Shown: piece by piece, positions 38,131-49,197 of the stretch | How the letters are laid out: every line of letters begins with the position of its first letter | Numbering within the stretch: position 1 is the first letter of the stretch | Assembly (NCBI GenBank): GCA_003971905.1 | Contig: RSEE01000011.1 | Coordinates: forward strand, 620,001-684,000 | DNA from: Moniliella sp. 'wahieum' | Taxonomy: Eukaryota | Direction: 5' to 3' | Length of the DNA: 64,000 bases | The notes under the pieces: model-generated | What the model saw: the letters and a program-made list of their open reading frames with translations, nothing else | Database searches by the model: none | Told to the model about the DNA's origin: nothing | Position numbers and translations under genes: made by a program

Positions 38131-40229
38131 TCTTCTCCGTCTTCCATCCTTGGCCACCACTCTCCCTCAGGCCGCCTACTATGCTGGTTTCGAGGTCGCG
38201 CCGCGCACGTGGCAGGGATTACTCGTTTCCTGTGAGCTGCTAGAGGAAGAGTTTGGGTGGACCATGACGGGCACCTCTCTACTCCCCAAGCAGTCCCCTT
38301 CTCCCTGCGGACGGCTAGGCATCCATTCTTTTTGCGACGACGCGATCGGCAAATAGAACCCCATCCATCTCCAGGTCCGCGTCTTTCCACGGTTCTCCCT
38401 CAGGTCCAGTGCGATGCGTCGGCTGGCCTGTGTGCCCTGGCCCGGTTGCCAATGCCCACGTTTGTCCCGGAAAAAACCGTTATGCATCGGCGCCGGATTC
38501 AAGAATTTGACGATCCCCGATTTCAGGAGAGGGGAACATGGTTGTCTTGAAAGATTCGTTTGTATGCTCACCCTCACCGGTCCTCTGGTCCTGCCCGACG
38601 CCCGAAGGAGAAGTCTTTGATGGAGCGATGGTACTACCTACGGCTGGCTGTTGCTCCGGTGGATCGTCATAATTGCTCCCAGGATGCCGTTTGGCGACTT
38701 TCATCAGAACCTCGGGCATCGGGTGGTGGTGTATCGACCAAGGGAATGCGTCTATGGGGGCGTACGTACGCTCTTGAAAGACAGAAATGGGACAAAGCCT
38801 ATGAAGGGCTGCACTTCTTATTACGCGGCTGTCGTTCAATACCCTTACTTGTTAATCTTGTGCGTGAATCCCAAAATCCTATAATGAGAAGTGTGTGTAC
38901 ACAAGATGTATCTGACCGTGTGGGCAATCGACGGGGCCCTTCTCTTCAGGAGTCACCAAAATGAAGAAGACCTCGTGGCTGAACTCACCACATTCAATTT
39001 CCTGACCCAAGAGAGTAGGACTAAAGTGGCGCTGAAACTCGTCGAGGCTAATATGATTCCGCTTTCATTTCATTCCCACCTCAGCATTGATCGACAGTGG
39101 GCCTACCTTTGGCAGAGCCATGCGGGCTGGGCAGTATTCAATCGTGCTACCGGCACCCCCTTTTCAGCTTTGCTCAGCTCATGTCCGCCTCATCTACAGT
39201 CAAGATGCGCTGCTCATATTTTACCGTCCAAGGTCCGGCCACCCCTCACGGCCGCTCATTTTTGTTGCAGAGTGCACCGACAACAGACTCGGACAACTTG
39301 GTCATGTCTTTACCTCTGTTGTGTTTTACTGCCTGGCCCTCATCCGATTCCTGGACCTTTCTTTTGGCTTTGGACACAGAGGGCCACCAGTGCCAGCTGC
39401 GTCTAGTGCTGATCAAAAACTATCTCTCCATTTTAGATCCCCACTCCCTCCGCAGTCTCGAGCCCTTCATGGCGGTCATTGATATCGGCCCCCCACTGCA
39501 TCCTGAAAGGGAGGGCCACTACTATTGGAATTGGAGGAGGGTCAGAAAGGAAAAATCTGATCTCCTCATTGACGATGGCCGAGCCCTCCTACCTGTCTTG
39601 GTTCCTCACCGGCACGTGCAAGTGACCCAGGACCGAACGGACCGCGTGATTGGCCAGTCTAAATTGTTCGGTCGATCTTCCCTGTGGCACCGTAAGCCTC
39701 GGCTAACAACCCAATGTGTTGGATCGATGCAGATGGCGTTGCTTGATTGGAAGCATGCGTCGCGTCCGGACGAGATTCGCGTCACTGACCTTCCTCTGCC
39801 TGCTGTGAGGGTGGACGCTTCTTCGGAGCCAACAGTGTTGGGCACCAACTTTTCTGTTGAGGGTCCGGCTCCGGAGGGGGCCAAGTGGCTGAGCACCATG
39901 CACTGTCTAACCCAATTTCTTTCCTCCTCCAGCATTCTCACATCGACTAGTGCCACCGTTGCATGCACCTCCTTTAGTCGTGAGCTGCAAGGTTTTATAC
40001 AACATGTACGTACTCCTTTTCAGCAAGCGACCGGCGCGTGTCAATGTGGTTAACCCCGAGTGTCTATAGTATGGGACGAAGGAGAAGGCACGGATGAACA
40101 CCTTCCTAAAAATACACCCGGCAGGACGCTGATGGGGCTGGCAATGGACTGGGCAAGGAAGCTAACCAGCCCTATGTGTTGCACTGGGACTGGGGCACAC
40201 GGGCACGCGAGTGGCTGTGGGCCCATTAA
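37869..40229 (+). CDS. F-box family copy C (full length; intron 37965-38078)
   Basis: MLDRLP..LLEIAASGHIAPRDLIHLSWTCHG|GTGTGA...GCTAAC...CAG|LHATLQDENLW, then LLDWKHASRPDEIRVTDLPLP. C-terminus KEANQPYVLHWDWGTRAREWLWAH*. Confidence 0.82.
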
Positions 40230-41864
40230 GAGTGTTGTGATGGATGAGCTGCGATGGCCTTTGAGGGGGGTCGCAATCGCTCTGGCCTTTTTATTTCGGA
40301 ACGATCCGGTTATCACGCACGACCCGGAGCTCCTCATCATGCCATCCAAACACATGTGCCACTGCCTCTGGACAATTTATCCATTACTGCGGACACCTTC
40401 CGCGAATGGCCAGGAGCTATCCCTCCGGGTTTAACGGCCCGCAGCTTCAAGTTCCTAACTTCTGTTACGCCCAATCCTGGCTGACCCCTTCATCCGCTTC
40501 ATTTTGCTGTGTCCGACTTTGTGCGGCGCCGTTGAAAGCAAACAATGTGCTGCTGCGTACTATACTGTTGTCTTTACCTCAGTCTGGAATAAGCGCTAAG
40601 CCCTTACATCCTGTATATACCTATCCTAAGGCGGCCTGATCGATCGACCAGCTTGACATCTGTATATAAGCAGCCCTATGTAAGGCTTGCTCGCTGTGTG
40701 TGGTTAGCTGTTGCTTACCAACACTGCCACCAACCTCTCTCCTACTCTGGTCAGCACTTTACCCACACCCTTTTACCTCTCCCTTGCCTCCTTCATTCTT
40801 TTATACGTTTACGAATTTACGGCTAACATCGGTTACACTTACACTGCAAAAGCTGGGGTTATACTTCAGGTAACGCTTGCTCCTCTTCAGATAGTTGCTA
40901 GCGCCAACCCCGCTTAATAAGGAACCAGGGGAGAATCGTCACAGGAGATCAGGACCCTCTGGTTTTAATGCTCCATCCGATGGACCTGTCGTGTCTTTTG
41001 CCGGCGAAGTTATCTTGGTTCCTGTTGGCATTGAAAGCACACCTACTACCGGTCACTCAACTATCTAGGAAACCGTATCAAAGAACGCGCACAGAGCCTG
41101 TCTACTTTTTGGAGAGCAACAGTGGTGATATGATGGAGTCACCGGGACCTGGGTTTCTATTGACGCTGAGCGCTGACAGTCCAACTTGAAACGCGACTTA
41201 ATCGCTCCCCAGGATGTAACCTGTTTGGCGTATCATTGTTGTTATTCCTGCCTGTGCAATCAGTTGCGTATCGGGGGAATCATCATTCTCGCGACGCGTT
41301 TTATACTCGCGCGCTTCCGTAAACGGGCTAAGAGCACGCGGCTGGACGAGTAGTTGAGTTGACAAATAGAAACATTGCGCGTCAAATATTCGTTTCAAAA
41401 TGGTGGATTAGGGTTGGTCGCCCTTTTTTGGTCCGGCGCAATAAAACATCTGCGCATGGGGGAGCGAGCACCACACCGATGTCTTGCTGCGGCCGTGAAG
41501 GCCAATTTGGGACAGGGGCAGTGCCTTGTTCTGAGCGCAGGCGTGCGCTCGCTTGGCCAGATGCCAGTTGTCTGCTCTCGCAAGCCCGACTTGGCGGTTT
41601 GCTGTCCACCACACCAAGCGATCTGAGGTGAGTCCCAACTTGAGTCGGCTCTGGGCCAGATGAGAGGCAATTGCGTCTTTGGCTATGTGGATCCAGGATG
41701 GGTGTGCGGCTACTCTTGTCCTGAACCCTCTACTTCGGTGGTCAAGGGTTGTCCCAGCCAAGGGCGGTGACTTGGGTTCCCTTCTCGCCACATCTTCTTG
41801 CCGCATGTTGGGATCTTGATGTACTGACGCGCTGTCCTCTCCTTTTCATTCCAGGTCTTTCGAG

Positions 41865-42331
41865 ATGCAGATCTTCGTCAACTCTGTTCGGGGCAACACC
41901 CTGACCCTGGCTGTGGCTCCTGAGGCTACCGTCGAGTCGGTCAAGGCTCTCAACTTTGCGCGTGACGGCATCCCTGCCGCCGAGCAGCGCCTGCTCTACG
42001 CTGGCAAGCAGCTCGCCGATGGCCGCACCCTTGCCGACTACGGCATCCAGAAGGACTCAACGTTGCACATGTCGCTGAGGTGTTTGATCCCAACCCTCAA
42101 GGGGCGCAGCGATCTGCTCGTCTGAAGTGTACTGACGTACTTCGCGTTATATGTCTTTAGCCTTCTCGGTGGTATCATTGAGCCCTCGCTCAAGGTGCTC
42201 GCCTCGAAGACCAACGTTGAAAAGCAGATCTGCCGCAAGTGCTACGCTCGTCTTCCTCCCCGTGCGACCAACTGCGGAAGCGCAAGTGTGGCCATTCGTC
42301 GCAGCTGCGCAAGAAGAAGGTCCTGAAGTAA
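41865..42331 (+). CDS. RPL40: Ubiquitin-like domain/60S ribosomal protein L40 (eL40) fusion; intron 42080-42160, probable 5'UTR intron ~41628-41854
   Basis: [10 protein letters not shown]...[10 protein letters not shown](S)|LLGG followed by [34 protein letters not shown](R)[17 protein letters not shown]. Confidence 0.95.
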
Positions 42332-43386
42332 ATGCGACCCGCATATCTGTCTGGTCTCTGCCTTTGTCCATTCCCTTGAGATTGGTGCAGGCCGACGTAA
42401 AAGATGGGGCCAATTCGGGGAGGGTATTCTACCCTATCTTGACGTGCTGGGCTTGGGCACTGTCAAGGACAGTCAGCGCCTGCGCTGACGTTGATCATAT
42501 TGCTCTTTCTGGCCTTGTCAAGCCTCCTTTTCATGTCCTATGCAAGCGCTCCCCTAGCGTGTCCTCATGCATGCTTATTAACCCATCGGCAAAGAGAGGC
42601 ATAGTTTTGCCAGGTATAGTTTACGGAGTATTCAAGCTGGCACTCTGTTGGTACGCACCGCGTCTGTGCCTTTTCTGATAGCCCTGCTGCCCCCTTCTTC
42701 ATTTTACCTACTGCTCACAGGATCTAAGGACATCTCGTTACTGACAGGGTGAAAGACTTTGAAACTGTAACCCACAGGTGAGAGGGCGTGATGAGACCTG
42801 AAGTCCTGATGGTGCGAGAGGGGGAGTGCAATCGCACTGGTGTGTAGCGACGCAAGGTCTCTAAGTATCATGCAGACAGCGGATACAGCGGCGAGAGGAG
42901 TATCGAGCATAAGCGGGAGCGAGATACAGGTTGTGGTGAGGCATACTACTACTATACAGGCGTTGCTTAGTAGTACTACAAGAGCAAAAGACACTGGTCT
43001 TCCGAGAAGTAAAGCTATAATTGTGTAGAAGACATTGCCAACTACGTGGCAAAAGGGGGGCGGTAGCGATCTAAGCCAGCCAGCAACCTGCCGACAGAGG
43101 AACAACAAGCGGCCAGTGGCCGCCGCGGCTGCGGAACAAGGAAAACAGAACGGAGAAAACAACGGAACTCCTACTCTATAGGCCTCAGGAGGGACTGAAG
43201 GGAGGTTGGCCAAAACACAGAGCCACCCGCGGTGGCTCAACAGAACGACTTCGCGCTGCTTTACCTGCGGCGAGTGTTCGTATAGAAGTTGATGAGGCGC
43301 GTACTAGAAGAATTTGCGGCTTAGTTATCGACTTACTCCTTTGGGTGCACCATCATCTTGCCGGGCAATTGCGACGCTTTAGTAAC

Positions 43387-45757
43387 TCAATGGGTCATCA
43401 GCCACTCGCGTGCCCGTCTGCCCCAGTCCCAGTGTACCACATATGCCTGGTCGGCTTCTTTGCCCAGTCCATCATCTCTAGGTCCATCGGTGTCCTGAGG
43501 AGCGACTTTCCGGAGGATGGTGTTCAGCCGCGCCTTCTCCTTCGTCCCATACTATAGACACTCGGGGGTTAACCACAATTGCACTCAGGTGCCGGTTGGA
43601 AAGGAGTATGACGTACTAGCGATAAAGCTACTTTCAGTGATGCCCTAAAAGAGGTGCATACGACCGTGGCACTGGTCGATGTGAGCAGACTGGCGGAGGG
43701 TTGAAATTGGTTTGTACAGTGCACAGTGCTCAGCCACTTCATCCCCTCCGTGGGCCGACCCGGAAGGGAAGAGTTCGTGTCCGACATTGTTTCCTCAGGC
43801 TCTGACGATGACGCGTCGAACTCGACAGTAGGAAGGGGGAAGTCCACGACGTGAATCTCACCCGGCTGCGACGCATGCTTCCAATCGATCAGAACCATCC
43901 TCAACATTCCAACAACTTGTGTAGACCGAGGGTAGGGCCACAGGGAAAATCTACCGAACGACTTTTTACTGTCCATTCACGCGGTGATTGTGTCCCAGGG
44001 TCAGTTTTACGTGCCAGTTGGGAATCAAAACATGGAGAAGGGCTCGGCCATCGTCGATAACAAGATCGCATTTGAAATCAGCGGCATGCGATCGATCCCA
44101 ATAGGGGGGGCACCCTTTAGGGAGCCGTGACGGAAGGATGTCAATGACTGCCAGCCATGGATGAGGGCTCCGAGAGTGCCGGGTTAATATGGCACGGTAT
44201 TGTTTGACCAGCACTAGACGCACCAAGTGTCGTGGCCTGGAGTAACAGGAAGACCCAGGTATCCGATGAGGACCAGGGAGTAAACCAACACAGAAGTCAT
44301 GTTTGTCCAAATCTGTCAATGTAGGCGCGGGCGTCAGGAACGAGCGACTTTCGTCGTGAGGGGTGGCCGGGCCTTGAAGCGTAAAATAGAACCGGCGCAT
44401 CTTCAATCCGGCTTGGGGCCGACATGAGCTGGGCAAATTGACGATGCACTTGCCATTGCACGTTCGAAAATGATCCACGTACATTCGTCCCAAACATAGC
44501 CCCACTCCCGATCGATGCTGATGTGAATGGCAGGGAAACGCAAACCATGAGCCATATCGCCGAGTTTTAGTGCCACTTCCTCCCTCCTCTCTTGTGTGAG
44601 GAGATTGCACGTGGCAAGTTCAACCTGGCCGTCGGCAGTTGGGGGATAACTCCTGATGAGATTCACCCCGATCACCCACAGGTCAGGTACAAGCTGTGCG
44701 CACGATTCTCAATTTAGGATGAGGATTCACGCACAAAGTAAACAAGTAAGGGTATTGAACGACAGCCGCGAAATGTTCCTTGAGGTACAGCACGTCATAG
44801 GCGTTGTCCCATTCGTGACACTCATGGGCTTGAAAGCCTCCAGAGGGGACTGCCCTTGCTCGATATACCGCCACGCGATGGTGGTGGTACTGGAGGGCTT
44901 CATCACGCGGTAACGTCGTGGGGGCAATTCGACGAACCACCGGAGCAAAAGCCAGCCCTCTTCCAGCACCATCGCACCGTCAAAGATTTCGCCTTCCATC
45001 ACCCGACAGGTCCATAGGACTTCGGATGATGAACATCCAAACACACCCTTCATGACAACCATGTTCTCCCTCTGCTGAAATCGGCGATCGTCAAATTCTT
45101 TAATATGATTCCGGCGCATCCGGTGCACAACCGTTGTTGGGGCATGCGTGTAGATGGGCAACTGGGCCCACACGGACAGGCCAAACGACAGATCACACTG
45201 CGCACTAGCAAGAGCCGTGCCAAGACGGGGACCTGGAGATGTATCGGTTTCTGTTTTCGGAGCGCGTCGTCGCCAAAAGAATGGACGTCTAACCTTCCGT
45301 AGGAGAGAGGATGAGGACTCCTCATCAGTAAGCAGTAGAGAGGTCCCAGTCATGGTCCACCCGAGCCGTTCCTCTAACAACTCACAGGCAACGAGCAGTC
45401 CCTGCCACGTGCGCGGCACCACCTCGAAACCCGCGCACTGGGTGGCCTGGGGGAGAGTGGTGGCCAAGGACGGAAGGTGGAGAAGAGGTAGAGCGGCATA
45501 ACGCCACAGATTTTCGTCCTGCACAGTAGCATGGAGATCTGCGAAGAGCACACATAGAGTCAGCGGATCCGACACTTCCGCCCAGATTTTACAGATGCCG
45601 TCCCCTACATAGCAGAGTAGGGTGATGCAGTTGGGGATGCAAACGGGGAGCTGTGCGCACCATGGCAAGTCCACGACAGGTGGATAAGGTCACGAGGAGA
45701 GATGTGGCCGCTGCCTGCGATATGAAGAAGGATCTCAAAGGGCAGGCGGTCGAGCAT
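43387..45757 (-). CDS. F-box family copy D (full length, same intron)
   Basis: MLDRLPFEILLHIAGSGHISPRDLIHLSWTCH|GTGCGC...GCTGAC...CAG|DLHATVQDENLWR, then LIDWKHASQPGEIHVVDFPLP. C-terminus KEADQAYVVHWDWGRRAREWLMTH*. Confidence 0.82.
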
Positions 45758-46129
45758 GGATATGATGGTAGTATACTTAGTAGCGGAGAGGATCAGATGA
45801 TGTGGGTTTGCAGGGATTGGGGGGATTCCGAACGCATCCTGATATATATACCGCGACTGTGTCTGGCGCACACGGCTGTAATTCCCTGGTTTCACCGCCT
45901 CGTGATTTCTAGGTGAGTCCGGCTATAGGGTATATCTGTGGTATATCTCTATATACTGCGATCGGCTATATCCCTGAACCTGTAATGAATAGGGGAGAGA
46001 CCGAACAACCACACCACAGCTGTGGAGGGTTTCTCCACCCTTTTTGTTAAAGCCGCGATGTGTTGGTTAGTATAACCTCTCTGGGTTTCTGTTTCGTTCT
46101 CCTTCTGCGGTTGATTCCGGCCCTGGCCT

Positions 46130-47030
46130 ATGCATCATCGATCCGTGCACCTTGTTGTTTCCCCCTCAATCGACTTTCTCCTTTCGCACTTCGGATTCGA
46201 CGACACGCGCCTCTGGTACATTTCGCTAACCGCGGCGGGTGAGACTGCATGTGACTGTTGTCAGCGCTCTCTTTGATCATATCATATTATAGCAGGTTTT
46301 ACTTGGTACTAGTGCCTGCTGGTTGCGGTACAATTTTCCATAGATCGCTTGAGCAGCTTGAGCGCTGAGCGTTATTGAGCTGGCCAATATGACTAGGTGA
46401 ACTTATTTCGATGTCACCATCAGACCATTGAAACGTTCCGGGCAAAATGCACGACAAGACTATCAGACTATGAAGCCTCGTTGATGTCACACTGTCGGGG
46501 CTATCTGGGTCGGAGGGAGACCAGAGAGTCGAGACTAATAGGTCAAGGAATGTATCAATCGGCGTTCGTGGGGAAGAATCAACAAGAACATTAGAGGCAA
46601 TGGTGGGAAGCGGAAGAACTGCCGGAAGAGCGAGACGCTCTCGGGGTGAAGAAATGGGAAATGGGAGATCAGCCAAACTATGACAGAGTTGGCGTCCCTG
46701 TGTCATAGAGGTGTGTGAAACCGGAATGGTTACAAAGGGCAAATGAGTGTCTATGATCCATAGCGTGTCCTCATTCCGATAACGGGCACAAATCCTCGCG
46801 GATCATTCCCCTCCTCAAGGGCGTGGAGAGCATAGACAAGACACGCAGCCCTTATCAGGCGGCTCTGTACGAGGGTGATTTGGTGGCTGGTTACATCACC
46901 GTCTCCTCCTCGGCCGGGGGCATCCATCACATTTCCTCGGCGGCTGAGATTGTCGCTGAGCTGGGTGGTCCCTTTAGCTAGTTATACAAAACTCAGCAAC
47001 AGCAACAGGCGTGCCCTTTCCCAGTAATTT
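46130..47030 (-). pseudogene. Relic of a fifth F-box repeat unit (downstream spacer plus decayed 3' end)
   Basis: 46130-46780 aligns by eye with 21540-22150 (e.g. CGACGACACGCGCCTC..GTACATTTCGC.AACCG..GGGTGAGAC..CATGTGACTGT). Weaker similarity continues toward the gene 3' end. Confidence 0.55.
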
Positions 47031-47205
47031 CTGACCTATCCTATTTTCCACATTGACAACGATACCGCTTCAATTGTATCCATTGAAGGCGGCATCAAAG
47101 TGCCCCAGGAACATTGAACCCTCTTGGTAGTAATGATGAAAGAAAAATGAAGACCGTGAGATAACAGGGGTCTAGACCAACGAAGTAGGTGGGGAGCTTG
47201 GCAAC

Positions 47206-48875
47206 CTAAAGGTAGCCCTCGTCGACCTCTTCAAATTGCTTGCGTCGCTGTTCGGCCAACCGTTCCTCTTCCTCCTCTGTATCACAATCTGAGTAGACCC
47301 GATGCGCGCCTAAGCTTGACCCACCTTTTTTGTCCGGTTTCTTGGCGGTAAGGTCTACCGGCGCGAGGGGGGACGAGCGGGTTTACGAGCGGAAACGGGG
47401 TGAAGGGAAGGGATGCGAGTCCGTCGGGTAAGACCAGCTCGAGGGGCCATACCAGGAGAAAGGACGGACGTGAGGGCTGAGCGCAGGTGTCAGCACAGAA
47501 CGAAAGGAAAAATAGAGAAGGCAGAGGAGAATACGTACGTTTTCCATAGAAGGATCGCCTTCCCTTTTGTGATATGGAGCTGGTAGAGGTGATGCTGATG
47601 TTGCCATGGGACGTATCGAATGATACATCGCCCGCAGATATGGGTAAAGTGCCTGAAGAAGAATGAGCTCCATCACGGGCCGGAGCAGGGGTGACGGGTA
47701 GGATCGTTGTATCCTCCATGGCGGAAGGCGACGTCTCCCGACCGAGGGCATGGGACTCTTTAGTTTCCGAAGTCGGCAGAGGAGATAGTTCATCACGGTC
47801 GGAATGATCAGCCAAAGATAGAGGGGCAGACCTGCCCTTGTTGTTGGAAGGTGGTTTTTTGGTTGAAGATAATTTGGCCGTCGTCTTCTTACGCGTACCC
47901 TTGTTGGTAGCAGCTTCCTTGCGTCCTCGTTTGGGAGGTGGGGGGCTGGGAGAAGCCAGCCAATCTGGCTCATCGTCCGAGGGTGGTACTTGTTCGAAAT
48001 TGGATGCTGGCACTACCGCATCCTCCTTCCCGCTATCTTCATCGTCCGATTCGAATACGTGCACGGTTTGCGTGCCCGTTTGGTAGAGGAAGGTGTCCTG
48101 CGTTTGGGCCCTGAACGAGTGGATGGTGATTTGGTCAAGACTTGTTCCTCATCGGATGCAGGCACCTCGTCGCGATCGGGTATGCGAGCCGCGCGTTTAC
48201 GCGCAGACCGGGTTTGCCGTTTCTGGGGGCCCAGAGCCGCCTGGATCGCAGCTACATCCTCTGACGAAATTCGCGTTTCGTGCTTCGTACCACCGCGTCG
48301 GGAAGTACCCGGTTGATATTCGTCTTCCTCCGATTCGGCTACAATCGGACGCTTCCGCAAAGGACGCGAGGCAGGCCCGGGAGAGGGGACTGGACGTGTT
48401 GCGGCTCCGATGGCTCGTCTGACAGGTCCGAGCTGGGGATGGGTACCAACTTGTCTTTGATCCTGGGTGACATAGATGGAGGTTGCAAAGATAGAAGTTG
48501 GGTGGGGGATGCGAGGGGAAGGGAGGGAAGGGGGCAACTGTTGTGGATGGGGAAGGATGGTGAAGAGTGGGCGGTGGGGGAGCCGAGGTGGGGGCGAGAC
48601 TGGAAGCCGAGGGCGTAGTGCCTTGGGAAATTTCGCGTGGTGGACCTGGACGTGCCGGTCGGGGACGCGGACGCGGCTTGCTGGGAATGGAGGGGGGTTC
48701 GAAGGGAGGAGAAAGGCCAGCATGGTTCTGACTGGTCAAGTCAAAAGTGCCGCGCCGGGGAGCAGCCACATGGCCGGGACCGCATCCGAGAAGGGAGGAT
48801 GGGGGAGAGAAGGCAGGGGGAGGGGGCAGGAGCGTCGGTAAGAGGCGCGGGGACCCCGGGCGCGTCTGGTTGCAT
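47206..48875 (-). CDS. Hypothetical low-complexity Pro/Ser/Lys/Arg-rich protein (intron near 47485-47540)
   Basis: Long overlapping open frames with basic NLS-like patches (PPPKRGRK). C-terminus EEERLAEQRRKQFEEVDEGYL*. Start uncertain. Confidence 0.55.
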
Positions 48876-49197
48876 GGGGGAGGTGGTGTCATTTATCACG
48901 CTCTGATCAACTCGATTAACGAAACGCGTTCTCCTTGGCTCCCCCACCTGACCACGCTGGGACGTAGCCAGGATGACGTAAGCATGTAGGAGCACGATGC
49001 ACCCCGGCACGTGACCTGCTGCGCGCTGTGCAATTTCCGCGTCGAGGCAAGCAACAACTGCTGTGCCCGAGAAAGTGCCCCCACATCGTGTTTGGTATCT
49101 TACGCAGCGTCCCGGCCAGCCTGAGCAAGGCCATCTAGTCGATCAAGTCGGTCAAGTTGAGCGAGTCGAGTCGAGCAAGTGCATCAAGTCGTGGATC

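Noticed and set aside
40540..41100. LTR-like sequence (TATATAAG followed by a pyrimidine-rich tract); similar stretches at ~10300-10650 and ~42700-43260
   Set aside because: No definable termini, TSD or second copy in the window.
41628..41854. Intronic snoRNA in the RPL40 5'UTR intron
   Set aside because: No convincing C box (RTGATGA) with terminal stem, and no H/ACA architecture seen by eye.
43295..43330. TTCTTCTAGT on the minus strand downstream of F-box D as a Helitron 3' end
   Set aside because: No subterminal hairpin, and no equivalent site downstream of the other copies.
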